A DNA stretch of 64,000 nt from a virus. Where the stretch lies: positions 30,521 through 94,520 of IMG/VR virus record IMGVR_UViG_3300032323_003820; one strand, 5' to 3'. The notes under the pieces were generated by a model. It was not told where the DNA came from and made no database searches. It worked only from the letters and a program-made list of their open reading frames with translations. The first letter of the stretch is position 1. The number at the start of each line of letters is the position of its first letter. Shown in pieces: positions 47,570 to 56,884 of the stretch. Made by a program: the position numbers and the translations under genes.

Positions 47570-47694
47570 AGGAAAGGAGAAGATGGTCGAGTGGACAACT
47601 CCTTTTACGATTGGCGTTACTATGATGATTTCAACTCCGAAATACAACTTCCACCCATCATCAGGTTATTATGTATTCATTCCCCAATCAACCT
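47570..47694 (-). ncRNA. Unassigned structured RNA candidate between tRNA-Trp and tRNA-Asn
   Basis: GATTGG/CCAATC, TGATGAT/ATCATCA, AAAGGAG/CTCCTTT stems, AGG..CCT ends. Confidence 0.5.
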
Positions 47695-47697
47695 ATG

Positions 47698-47770
47698 CAC
47701 GCACGTCAGGACTCGAACCTGAAACTCCTAGTTTTGGAGACTAGTACTCTACCAATTGAGCTACGCACGT
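47698..47770 (-). tRNA. tRNA-Trp(CCA)
   Basis: Cloverleaf, loop CTCCAAA, G73. Confidence 0.9.
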
Positions 47771-47777
47771 ATTACTG

Positions 47778-47848
47778 AGGTCGGACCCAGGTTCGAACTG
47801 GGGTAGGAAGTTTTGCAGACTTCAGCCTAACCACTCGGCCACCCGACC
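47778..47848 (-). tRNA. tRNA-Cys(GCA)
   Basis: Cloverleaf, loop CTGCAAA, U73. Confidence 0.92.
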
Positions 47849-47860
47849 ATTTATATAAAC

Positions 47861-48094
47861 CTATGAGACCATATCTAAACTAATATTTTCATTTCTCATA
47901 AGTTCGTGTAACATTTCCCTAACTTCCTCATATACATCATACTTGTCTTGTGGTAAACTGTCAGGCGCATACTTAGTTTTTGCTCTGAGGTCTTGGTCCA
48001 ACTCATACAACACAGACCAAAATTTCATTGCGTTTGAGGCAAGTTGGAAGTCTTGGTTGTCTTCAGGTAAATTAAATTCTAATATTGCTTTCAT
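47861..48094 (-). CDS. Small phage protein (MKAILEFNLPED)
   Basis: 77 aa ORF directly after a host-type promoter. Confidence 0.7.
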   Translation of the reverse strand: MKAILEFNLPEDNQDFQLASNAMKFWSVLYELDQDLRAKTKYAPDSLPQDKYDVYEEVREMLHELMRNENISLDMVS

Positions 48095-48098
48095 GTCA

Positions 48099-48130
48099 CA
48101 AATTTACGAACTATATCTCGAAGAACCAAA
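48099..48130 (-). promoter_or_regulatory. Bacteroidota housekeeping-type promoter for the tRNA cluster
   Basis: TTTG (48130-48127), 20-nt spacer, TAAATTTG (48106-48099). Confidence 0.65.
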
Positions 48131-48133
48131 AAT

Positions 48134-48167
48134 AAAAAACCCCGAATACATTTCTGTAGTTCGGGGT
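48134..48167 (-). terminator. Terminator of putative attenuator
   Basis: ACCCCGAA-C-TACA GAAA TGTA-TTCGGGGT TTTTT. Confidence 0.8.
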
Positions 48168-48190
48168 CGTGTATATAAGTCTTCAGGAAC

Positions 48191-48286
48191 TTAACTAACT
48201 TGATTTGAACTACACTTGAGCATATGATGACACCAACAAGTATTTTGTTGTTCTACGTTAGTATTATGTCTAAAATTGTTGTTCAT
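48191..48286 (-). CDS. Putative attenuator leader peptide MNNNFRHNTNVEQQNTCWCHHMLKCSSNQVS
   Basis: TATTTAT at 48293-48299; contains TGTAGTTC complementary to terminator 5' arm. Confidence 0.6.
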   Translation of the reverse strand: MNNNFRHNTNVEQQNTCWCHHMLKCSSNQVS

Positions 48287-48324
48287 ATTATAATAAATAG
48301 TAAAAAAATATAAAAAATCAATTG

Positions 48325-48411
48325 TACCTCAGGCGGGAATCGAACCCGCACGAACTTTTTCGGTTCACAGGATTTTAAGTCCTGCGTGTCTACCTATTCC
48401 ACCACCAAGGT
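48325..48411 (-). tRNA. tRNA-Leu(TAA)
   Basis: Long variable arm, loop CTTAAAA, A73; TATCTTTG at 48425-48432. Confidence 0.92.
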
Positions 48412-48443
48412 ATTTAATTGATTACAAAGATAAGAAAAGTATT

Positions 48444-49154
48444 TTATTTTGCAAAACTTTCTTCAAAAATAGTGTCACTAACATTAAATTCTTCGTTCAT
48501 TGTATGGTACAAATAAATTAAACCATTTTTTAGGTCAAACTCAAAATATCCTGAAGAGCCTTCATTTATTTCCCAACCACCATGATTGTTTTCTAATTGT
48601 TGGTAACACCAATCTTCAACTGATGCCGGAACATCTAATTGATTTTCAAAATTGTCCTCAATATATCCACTATCGCCACCACCATTATATCTTAACACTA
48701 ATAAACTCGAATCTTCACTTTCTTCTGAAAGCATTTCAAGTAATTTTTTAACCTCTTCATCTTCTTGTGAATCCCATGTGGTTCCATCTTCACTGCCAGA
48801 ATCAGTATATCCACAGTATTTGGTTGCAGATACCATCTTCATATCAACATCAATATCTATCGATAACGTGACATAATTCAAATAGTCGACATAAACATTT
48901 TTGAACGTCATTTTATCGTTACAATAGATTAAAATTTTATCAATAATAGGGTAGAGAGGTTCAGGAACTTCTATGTTATGATGATTACTAAAATTCTTTT
49001 CATGTTGTCCGAAAGGAATTTCTTTATCTAAGTCAACATCGTCTGACCCATCATAGAAATTAAATTCTACTAACCCCGATGAAATTCCGAGTGATTGTAA
49101 ATATCGTGATGCAATTCTTAGGGTTTTTTTATCTTCTGATGTGAATAATTCCAT
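48444..49154 (-). CDS. Acidic protein with DUF6878-like C-terminal domain
   Basis: YNGGGDSG..GWEINEGSSG; TATTTAT at 49166-49172. Confidence 0.55.
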   Translation of the reverse strand: MELFTSEDKKTLRIASRYLQSLGISSGLVEFNFYDGSDDVDLDKEIPFGQHEKNFSNHHNIEVPEPLYPIIDKILIYCNDKMTFKNVYVDYLNYVTLSIDIDVDMKMVSATKYCGYTDSGSEDGTTWDSQEDEEVKKLLEMLSEESEDSSLLVLRYNGGGDSGYIEDNFENQLDVPASVEDWCYQQLENNHGGWEINEGSSGYFEFDLKNGLIYLYHTMNEEFNVSDTIFEESFAK

Positions 49155-49172
49155 AACTTTTAATTATAAATA

Positions 49173-49526
49173 TCAATCTTCGAATTCTAATTTTTTCGTT
49201 CGTATCATCCACTGTGGTCTATTACCTTCTTTCATATTCAATACCCACTCCTTTGCACTTGGGATATATCCATAACAATCTTCTGAAACATGTTGTTCAC
49301 CTACGTATCTTGTGTAAACTGTTTTTCCATCTGAATTTTTAAACTCAGTTCCAAACTTCTGTTCCATTTCGAAAATACCTTCACTATGATGTCTAAACAT
49401 TCTATGTAGAGAGTCACCATACCAAGATTTTGTCTCGTCTAACCATTCGTGTAAATGAATATAATCTTCAGGTTTTCCTCCAAATTTTTTTGCCGAAGAC
49501 TTTGCATGTAAATTAGGGTGTGCCAT
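49173..49526 (-). CDS. DUF6915-like His-rich protein
   Basis: MAHPNLHAKSSAKKFGG..HEWLDETK..HRMFRHHSEG..EQHVSED; likely start 49526. Confidence 0.65.
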   Translation of the reverse strand: MAHPNLHAKSSAKKFGGKPEDYIHLHEWLDETKSWYGDSLHRMFRHHSEGIFEMEQKFGTEFKNSDGKTVYTRYVGEQHVSEDCYGYIPSAKEWVLNMKEGNRPQWMIRTKKLEFED

Positions 49527-50106
49527 CTTTCCAAAAGTTTTTATTATAACCAAACATTTCGAATTGTGGTTTACAGATTTCGTAAACAAAATCTGCCGTT
49601 TTTTGATTATATTCAGTATACCAAGGCAATCTTACCTTATCAGTTTTATCTTTGAACTCATTTATATATTGATTTTCGATAACTTGTTCATGATAACCAT
49701 TACCCAAAGAAATAAAAAATTCTTTCAACGGTTTTATATTCATTAGGTCTTCATTATAAAATTCAGTCCTAACAAAGTAATCTGGTTTTTTGGGTAATAC
49801 TTCCAAATATAATGGAAGATGGAGTTGATAATCCTCTTCCCAATACTCATGTTCATATAACCATTCTTCAAAGTTTCTGTAGAAATCTCGATTGTGTAAA
49901 CACGATAACCAATAAATTGAAACTATTCTTGGTAAAGGATTTCTGATGTTGAAGACCAAAGTATAGTCTAACTTATCTTCAGGAATTGATAGCTCATGCC
50001 CTCTATTTACAAAACTATCACAATGTTTTAAAAGAGACACACTAGACCTTGTACAAGCCCTTTGTGGCATGAGCCAAACAACCTTGTATTTTTCTATATA
50101 CGACAT
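49513..50106 (-). CDS. Sulfotransferase family 2-like protein
   Basis: IRNPLPRIVSIY, VRTE, FEMFGY; similar to 40885..41493. Confidence 0.6.
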   Translation of the reverse strand: MSYIEKYKVVWLMPQRACTRSSVSLLKHCDSFVNRGHELSIPEDKLDYTLVFNIRNPLPRIVSIYWLSCLHNRDFYRNFEEWLYEHEYWEEDYQLHLPLYLEVLPKKPDYFVRTEFYNEDLMNIKPLKEFFISLGNGYHEQVIENQYINEFKDKTDKVRLPWYTEYNQKTADFVYEICKPQFEMFGYNKNFWKDGTP

Positions 50107-50120
50107 ATTTTTATTTTTTG

Positions 50121-50194
50121 TGGACCTGGTCGGAATCGAACCAACGACCTTGAAATTATGAGTTTCCTGCTCTAACCGTCTGAGCTACAGGTCC
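50121..50194 (-). tRNA. tRNA with CAT anticodon, probably Ile2 (otherwise elongator Met)
   Basis: Cloverleaf, loop CTCATAA, G1-C72, C4-G69, A73; TATATTTG at 50202-50209. Confidence 0.8.
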
Positions 50195-50304
50195 GATATT
50201 ACAAATATATAATTTAAATCATTTCCGTCAAAAAACTCGAGTATTTATTTTATAAGTCTTTTTTCCAACGTATTATTTTAATATGTTTAAAACAAAAGAT
50301 TCTA

Positions 50305-50793
50305 ATGGAGGAAGTATTGGTACTAAATTATGATTACAGCCCTTTAAATGTTACCTCCATAAAAAGAGGTTTCAATCTTGTATATAAAGGTAAGGCAGAA
50401 ATTATAAAATCTGATGTAAAAGATATTATCTGTGGAGTAAAAAACTTTGCAAGACCTTTAATAATCAGACTTCTAAGCTTCATAGCATTTCACAAAAGAA
50501 CATACAGAGCAAATAGAAGTAGAATATATAAAAGGGACAATTATGAATGTGTTTATTGTGGTTCAAAAAAAACATTAACTATTGACCATGTAATACCTAA
50601 GTCTAAAGGGGGTTCGAACTCTTGGGAAAATTTGGTAACATCTTGTTTTAAATGTAATTTAAAAAAAGCAAACAGAACTCCCGAAGAAGCTAAAATGAAA
50701 ATGAAGCATACTCCTTATGTCCCAACAATCATGAATGACAATTATGTACTATTAAATGTTTGGAATGATTTTCAAAAAACTTTATTTTCTTAA
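50305..50793 (+). CDS. HNH endonuclease (McrA-like)
   Basis: [29 protein letters not shown]. Confidence 0.9.
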   Translation: MEEVLVLNYDYSPLNVTSIKRGFNLVYKGKAEIIKSDVKDIICGVKNFARPLIIRLLSFIAFHKRTYRANRSRIYKRDNYECVYCGSKKTLTIDHVIPKSKGGSNSWENLVTSCFKCNLKKANRTPEEAKMKMKHTPYVPTIMNDNYVLLNVWNDFQKTLFS

Positions 50794-50827
50794 CGATTAA
50801 AACTATTTTTGTAACAAAAAATAATCC

Positions 50828-51061
50828 ATGAGTTTAGATTTAAATTTAGAAAACGCACAAAAGGTATTTGATATTTCCATAGTATTATCAAAAACTCTTG
50901 AATTAATCTTCGAAGACAATAACGGAATTGTTTTAGAAATACCCGCCAACACCACAACATTTAAGGATTGGAATAAACTTGTTGTTTATAAAAAAGATGG
51001 TACAATACAAATTACCGGAACTCAAGATGATATAAACGAAGGAACTTTAGTTAAAATTTAA
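50828..51061 (+). CDS. Hypothetical protein
   Basis: 77 aa ORF. Confidence 0.55.
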   Translation: MSLDLNLENAQKVFDISIVLSKTLELIFEDNNGIVLEIPANTTTFKDWNKLVVYKKDGTIQITGTQDDINEGTLVKI

Positions 51062-51063
51062 TT

Positions 51064-52737
51064 ATGAAAATAATTGGGTTCAGCGTAGGTCACGACAGAG
51101 GGGCTGTTCTGATTGTTGACGGAGAAGTTATAATAGGTATAACTCAAGAAAGACTTAGTCGAGTTAAACACGATGGTGGATACATGGGAGGACAAATACC
51201 TATTGAATCTATTCAATATTGTTTGAATCATTTTGGACTTAAATTCTCAGACATAAATTTATGGGCATATAGTACAACAGAAGAGGTTGACGATGTTGAT
51301 GAAAAAATGACCTCAATTTTAGGTTATAGTTTGGGTGATAAACTACTTTTTGTTCCTCACCATCTCGCACATGCGTATTCTAGCTTCTTCAGTTCGAACT
51401 TTGACGAGGCAGCGGTAATTGTTGCAGACGCCTCTGGAAGTATTTATAACTCCAGAACAAAACTGTCTCAGTTTTATGATTTAGATACATCCGATTTACC
51501 AGAAGGAAGACAAATAGCCGAAGGTATTTCAATTTACCATTTCAAAAGAGATTCTTACTCAGAGGTTTTTAAAAAATGGATAAAAATACCACATCTTTGG
51601 GATACTGAAGAAGAGGAATGTACATCTTTGGGTGCTAGATATTCTGAGGGTTCCTTACAATTAGTTTACGAACAAACAACTCATAGTTGGAGTGCGGGAA
51701 AACTTATGGGTATGGCTTCATACGCTAATCAAAAAAAATTAGAGGAAATTCCAAATCTTGTACAAGAATTAGAAAATGACATTAATATACCAAATATAAG
51801 AATTCTTCCGAACGTGATATGGAATTCAGATTTCCAATCTAAATCCGATGTCGCAGGACTTTATCAAAGAGAACAGGAGCAAGCATCTGTCATATTATCA
51901 AGAATTGCGAAGAATTTAACATCATCGAAAAATGTATGCACTGCTGGTGGGTCTTTTCTCAATTGTAATTCTAACAGACTTATCTTAGATTCAGGGTTAT
52001 TTGATGAATGTTATTTTGTACCACCTTCCGATGACAGCGGTATCCCGTTGGGTTGTGCTTGGTTCGCATATCAAAAAATAGCTTTTGTAAGACAGTATAC
52101 ATTCCTTAGTCCCTACTTAGGTAAAAAGTATGATAGAAACGAAATCATTTCAGCTTTGAACGAAGTTCCTAATTTAAATGTTCAAGAGTTTGAAAGTTTT
52201 CCAACTTTATGTTTTGAAGTTTCAGAATTATTATCAGAAAATAAGGTGATAGGTTGGTTTCAAGATGGTTCTGAAATAGGTCCAAGAGCATTAGGAAATC
52301 GTTCTATAATAGCAAATCCAACTTCAAAATGGATAAGTAATTACATTAACTCTGAAGTAAAATTTAGAGAGTGGTATCGACCATTTGCTCCTGCGGTAAT
52401 TTATGAACATCAAAAGAAGATTTTTGATACAAACTTTTTCTCACCCTACATGCTAGTAACTGCTAAGGTTTTAGATGATTGGAAAGAAAAAATCCCTTCC
52501 GTCGTTCATATTGATGGAACATCTAGATTTCAAAGTGTTACTGAAAATAGTAACTTCAAATTTTATAGTTTACTTACATCTTTTTATATGACAACCGGAA
52601 TTCCTGTTTTATTGAATACGAGTTTCAATGGTCCTGACGAACCAATAGTTGAAACACCATCCAACGCAATCAATACTTTCTTGAAAAGGAATTTGGACTA
52701 TTTGGTTTTGAATAACTTTTTGGTTTCGAAACAATAA
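51064..52737 (+). CDS. NodU/CmcH-type carbamoyltransferase
   Basis: GHD, ERLSRVKH, HHLAHA, GKLMGMA, EIGPRALGNRS, RPFAP, LLNTSFN. Confidence 0.92.
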   Translation: MKIIGFSVGHDRGAVLIVDGEVIIGITQERLSRVKHDGGYMGGQIPIESIQYCLNHFGLKFSDINLWAYSTTEEVDDVDEKMTSILGYSLGDKLLFVPHHLAHAYSSFFSSNFDEAAVIVADASGSIYNSRTKLSQFYDLDTSDLPEGRQIAEGISIYHFKRDSYSEVFKKWIKIPHLWDTEEEECTSLGARYSEGSLQLVYEQTTHSWSAGKLMGMASYANQKKLEEIPNLVQELENDINIPNIRILPNVIWNSDFQSKSDVAGLYQREQEQASVILSRIAKNLTSSKNVCTAGGSFLNCNSNRLILDSGLFDECYFVPPSDDSGIPLGCAWFAYQKIAFVRQYTFLSPYLGKKYDRNEIISALNEVPNLNVQEFESFPTLCFEVSELLSENKVIGWFQDGSEIGPRALGNRSIIANPTSKWISNYINSEVKFREWYRPFAPAVIYEHQKKIFDTNFFSPYMLVTAKVLDDWKEKIPSVVHIDGTSRFQSVTENSNFKFYSLLTSFYMTTGIPVLLNTSFNGPDEPIVETPSNAINTFLKRNLDYLVLNNFLVSKQ

Positions 52738-52802
52738 AAGATTGTTGACGATATTTTGGGTTTGTAACAAATATTTTATATTTTTGTGTCAAATAAATTA
52801 CT

Positions 52803-53480
52803 ATGGATATTGGAAAAGAATTTTCATCTTACTACACAAAACATTTAGGAAAAGGTTCTTTGGACCTACATTATTTTGGACAACAAATTCAATCATCTAT
52901 GACCCCCTATATCTTGGAAGAAAGAGAAATGAGGGCAACTCAAATTGATATCTTCTCAAGATTGATGAGAGATAGAATTATATGGGTTGCGGGTGGTGTT
53001 GATGACAGAATGTCAACAATTGTACAAGCTCAGTTAATGTTCTTAGACAACACAGAAAAGACTGACATAACTATGCACATTGATTCACCTGGTGGTTCAG
53101 TTAAATCTGGATTATCTATGGTTGACGTTATGAATTATGTCTCTTGTGATATTATTACAGTTAATACAGGTATGGCTGCGTCGATGGGCTCAATTTTATT
53201 AGGAGCGGGTACGAAAGGGAAAAGAAGTTCACTCAGATTTTCAAGGACGATGTTGCATCAATCTTCAGGTGGTTTTGGTGGCAACATTCAAGATGCTGAA
53301 ATCAGTATGAAAGAATGGCACAAACTAAACGATATTCTTTTCACACTTTTGGGTGAGTATTGTGGTAAAGATGCCGAACAAGTAAAACAGGATGCAACTA
53401 GAGACTTGTGGTTGGATTCGCAACAAGCTTTAGAATATGGAATCATCGATGAGATTGTTAAAACAAAAAAGAAGGGTTAA
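52803..53480 (+). CDS. clpP: ATP-dependent Clp protease proteolytic subunit
   Basis: DIFSRL, SPGGSV, GMAASMG (Ser), MLHQ (His), TRD (Asp). Confidence 0.95.
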   Translation: MDIGKEFSSYYTKHLGKGSLDLHYFGQQIQSSMTPYILEEREMRATQIDIFSRLMRDRIIWVAGGVDDRMSTIVQAQLMFLDNTEKTDITMHIDSPGGSVKSGLSMVDVMNYVSCDIITVNTGMAASMGSILLGAGTKGKRSSLRFSRTMLHQSSGGFGGNIQDAEISMKEWHKLNDILFTLLGEYCGKDAEQVKQDATRDLWLDSQQALEYGIIDEIVKTKKKG

Positions 53481-53523
53481 CCCCTTCTTTTTAGATTTTA
53501 GAACACCCCCTTTTTTTTGTTTT

Positions 53524-54189
53524 CTATTTAGTTGCCGTAGAAAGTGCCGGTTTCAATTTATCCAACACCTCTTTAGCATTTCCACTATATTTTTCAAAAA
53601 CTTCACAAACAGAAACTGATAAAGTTTTTTCTAAATTTTGTATAAATTTTAAGTTTTGAAGTTCATTTTGAAGTGCATTTCTAACTATATCCATACCAGT
53701 TCCACCCACACCTGCACTTTGTTTGAGATTCATTATTAAAGTCTCCCCAATTGCTCTAACAATATGTTTTGTTAAAATTTTACAATCTTTAAATGAATTT
53801 AATAGTTCTGACGGATTGGTCGCAAAAAATGAAACTAAGAATTTCCTTATTGAATTGTCAGGAAATCCTAAAGAACCTAACAAAGAATTCAATGCTTTTT
53901 CGGTGAATGCTTCAGGTACAGCCCAAAACGCCGAACCAAAAATATTTTTCAAAGTATCAATGAAATTTTCAGTCAGTAAACCTTCTTCATTTAATGAAGA
54001 CATTTCCATCAAAAATAAAACACAAATTTTACCTTGTTCTTTTTCAGATAAATTTTTGAACCTACCTTCACCAAAATTTTCGACAATCATTTTTAATCTT
54101 GAATGAACAATTTTTTGTTCAATCAAGATAGTTTCTTTCTGAACCTTAGTTTCTTTCAAACTTTTTTTTATCACTTTTTTTAAAGCCAT
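53524..54189 (-). CDS. Hypothetical late protein
   Basis: LKKVIKKSLKE leader, LIEQ/LNEE/LTEN sites; likely start 54189. Confidence 0.55.
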   Translation of the reverse strand: MALKKVIKKSLKETKVQKETILIEQKIVHSRLKMIVENFGEGRFKNLSEKEQGKICVLFLMEMSSLNEEGLLTENFIDTLKNIFGSAFWAVPEAFTEKALNSLLGSLGFPDNSIRKFLVSFFATNPSELLNSFKDCKILTKHIVRAIGETLIMNLKQSAGVGGTGMDIVRNALQNELQNLKFIQNLEKTLSVSVCEVFEKYSGNAKEVLDKLKPALSTATK

Positions 54190-54191
54190 TT

Positions 54192-55241
54192 TTATATATT
54201 TTTCAATAACCATTGATGCCTAGTAGACCCTTCTACAGGGAAAGACGGTGGTAGACTCACACCTTGGAATTCACTAATCTCTCTCGACATTAAATCGAGA
54301 ATTTTATTCAATTTTCTAGCATTTGGTCTAAGTCCCCATCTATTGTGGTAAACATTTTTACAGTATTGAACTTTAGGTTTGAAATTTTGAAAATAGCTTG
54401 GTCTCATAGGTTTATCAGCTCTGTAATCTTCAAAATATTGTAAAATATTTTCTACACATTCTTTCTCATCTACAGTGTAGTTATCACTTGCTATTTTGTA
54501 ATCTTTAGTGTCCAATTTCATATCTTCAAGTGGGTCACGATATAATTTTACTTTAGCACCGAATAGTCTTTCTGCAGGGATTGGAATTTCTTTCCAATTT
54601 TGTTGCTCAGCACCTGTCATTTCGTGCCATTCTTTAGCAGAGTATTGTTGTTTTAAATCTTTAATAGCATCTTTTTGTTGTTGTGAAACTCCTGTAACAA
54701 CATCCGCATTTGACATCGGTATATATAAATCAATGCCTTGGATGGTTACTTTTTTCAAGTTAGTCAAATCCCATCCTGACTTAATAGCCTCTTCTTTAGT
54801 CTTAGCCCCGTACTTAGTTTTATATGATTCAACTTCAGCATTTTTGAAATCTCTATCGATAATTTGGGTTTTTGGCTCATCTGGAGTCCAAATACCAGGA
54901 CCGAAGGCAAATTTTCCATCAGCACCAAAGGAACCGTATTTACCATCTAAAAAGAAATAAATCATTTTACCTTTTGTCTTAGAACTTTCTTTTTTTATTG
55001 CAAATCTTCTGTTAGGATTTGATGTTTCTAATTCTGCAATTCCAATTGCACCAGGAGTCTGTCCATTATCAATCATTGCTTGAAGTTTTGACCTTAAATC
55101 TCCAGCCTGCTCTCTGAGTTTCATTTTTTCAGTTTTTTGATTCCTATGTAAATTAAGAACCAACTCTTTTTCAATATCAAGTTTTATCTTCACTTTAAAT
55201 AATTTAAAAATCGCTCCATTTAGTTTGAGAAACCTCTCCAC
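54192..55241 (-). CDS. Hypothetical late protein
   Basis: EKELVLNLH..KLREQ leader region. Confidence 0.55.
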   Translation of the reverse strand: MERFLKLNGAIFKLFKVKIKLDIEKELVLNLHRNQKTEKMKLREQAGDLRSKLQAMIDNGQTPGAIGIAELETSNPNRRFAIKKESSKTKGKMIYFFLDGKYGSFGADGKFAFGPGIWTPDEPKTQIIDRDFKNAEVESYKTKYGAKTKEEAIKSGWDLTNLKKVTIQGIDLYIPMSNADVVTGVSQQQKDAIKDLKQQYSAKEWHEMTGAEQQNWKEIPIPAERLFGAKVKLYRDPLEDMKLDTKDYKIASDNYTVDEKECVENILQYFEDYRADKPMRPSYFQNFKPKVQYCKNVYHNRWGLRPNARKLNKILDLMSREISEFQGVSLPPSFPVEGSTRHQWLLKNI

Positions 55242-56190
55242 TAATTTCAGGTTTATCTTCTACGGGTTTTTTCTGACAAATTTTAGCAACATCCGCATCT
55301 GTAAATGACTCACCAAATCCTTTTTCCTTGAGTTTCGCTGCCGTCAAAGGACCAAAAGCATTATCAACTTTGAGACCACCCAAACAAGCTTGGACTTCTC
55401 CGATTTTAGGGGACTTACAATATAGTTTATATGTACCACTACAAGGTGCAAATTTACTTCCTTGCTTTTCTTTTCTCGGTGTAACCGCTTTACATTTTTC
55501 TTGGTTGGGGTTTTTCTTACAATCTTCTTCAACCTTTTTTTGGTCTTCATCAGAAAGTTTAAAATCAGTGTCTTCTATAATTCCTACCAAAGGTCTTGTA
55601 AACATTTTCCATTCATCGGGACTATCTGTCAAATCATCTAAAAATTGATATAATCCTCCAGGTATTTTCTTATCAACTTCACACAAATCACCGACTGTTG
55701 GAATTCTCTCTAACGCAGCTTTAATTGCTTTCTCATCATCATTCCAAGTTCCTCTAGCATCCTCAATTGCATATGCAATATTACGGATATCTGCCTTAGA
55801 AAGTTGTGGTATTAACTTGTTCGCTCCCTTGGAGCTACATGCAGACATTACTTGCTTGAATCCTTCACTTCCATAATCTTTACTAGCCCACCAATCTATT
55901 AACATTCCTAATCCTGCACCTGCCACCAAACCAATTGCCGTTCCTACAACAGGAAAAACACTACCAATAGTTGCACCTGCGGTCATTGCTGCTGCTCCTC
56001 CTCCTGCTATGGTTGCCCCTGCTAGAGTCCCAACAGTTCCATAAGCTAATGTTCTTGGTGTGATTGGACTACCTGCGGTTTGTTCTGTAATTATATTTTT
56101 ATTTTCAGTTAAAGTTTTTGAAGTATCGTACTTCATCATGAGTTTCACCCTATCTAAAGCTTGCTGGGGTGAGTATTTTGGTTGTGACAT
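55204..56190 (-). CDS. Putative ejection protein: glycine-zipper segment plus peptidoglycan-binding-like C-terminus
   Basis: IITEQ site, GxxxG-rich hydrophobic region, VQACLG..VDNAFGPLT; TATTTAT at 56203-56209. Confidence 0.5.
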   Translation of the reverse strand: MSQPKYSPQQALDRVKLMMKYDTSKTLTENKNIITEQTAGSPITPRTLAYGTVGTLAGATIAGGGAAAMTAGATIGSVFPVVGTAIGLVAGAGLGMLIDWWASKDYGSEGFKQVMSACSSKGANKLIPQLSKADIRNIAYAIEDARGTWNDDEKAIKAALERIPTVGDLCEVDKKIPGGLYQFLDDLTDSPDEWKMFTRPLVGIIEDTDFKLSDEDQKKVEEDCKKNPNQEKCKAVTPRKEKQGSKFAPCSGTYKLYCKSPKIGEVQACLGGLKVDNAFGPLTAAKLKEKGFGESFTDADVAKICQKKPVEDKPEISGEVSQTKWSDF

Positions 56191-56217
56191 AACTTTTTTT
56201 TTATAAATATATTATTT

Positions 56218-56463
56218 TTACCAAATTTGATTTGAAACGCCTCTTTTAGCGCCAGTATTCCATACTGTAACATCCAATTGATTTGCTTTTCCTCTTTGTG
56301 GTCCTCCCACAATATCTTTCCACATAGGAACTGTTGTTGCTCCTGCAGATGCCGAATCTCCACCTGATGTTTTTTCACCACCGGCATCTTGTTCACCAAA
56401 TTCTTTTTTAGAAGTGGTGTTTTTTTTAAAAATTGATATTAAGTTTTCTAAGTCGAAGTTCAT
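56218..56463 (-). CDS. Small late protein with duplicated W..RGxxNQ motif
   Basis: RGKANQL and RGVSNQI; TATTTAT at 56468-56474. Confidence 0.55.
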   Translation of the reverse strand: MNFDLENLISIFKKNTTSKKEFGEQDAGGEKTSGGDSASAGATTVPMWKDIVGGPQRGKANQLDVTVWNTGAKRGVSNQIW

Positions 56464-56485
56464 AGAAATAAATATCTTCTTAAAA

Positions 56486-56794
56486 TTAATAGGGCTGAGA
56501 TGAAGGTAAACTGTTTGGGTTGACCGTATAGTATTCGTTCAGAAAGTTCAATAACTCAGTTTCATCAAGTTCTAAATCTAAGTCTTCTTCATTTATAAAC
56601 TCATCATCTTCATCTTGAGCACCAAAAAAATCAAATGATTCACTTTCTAATTCGTATCCATATTCCTCAACAAAAGAATAATCTATGTTATCTACCCTAA
56701 CTAATTCTTCGCTATCTTCAATAGTTCTAAAACTTACTTCCAAAAGATTATTATCTTTATTAAGATAATAATTGAGCACCTCCTTGATTTCCAT
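56486..56794 (-). CDS. Highly acidic small protein
   Basis: 102 aa, D/E-rich. Confidence 0.6.
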   Translation of the reverse strand: MEIKEVLNYYLNKDNNLLEVSFRTIEDSEELVRVDNIDYSFVEEYGYELESESFDFFGAQDEDDEFINEEDLDLELDETELLNFLNEYYTVNPNSLPSSQPY

Positions 56795-56884
56795 ATCTTT
56801 ATATTTTATAAAACAAATATCACAAAACTCAGTAAAATCTATTTTTTTCTTAAGATATTTTTTCTATTTTTGTAAAAAAATGAA

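Noticed and set aside
47620-47665. Hammerhead ribozyme (CTGATGA..GAAA on minus strand)
   Set aside because: No stem II between the motifs; TGATGAT pairs better with the downstream ATCATCA
50305-50793. HNH gene as intron-encoded or mobile element
   Set aside because: Free-standing, no interrupted gene or flanking repeats seen
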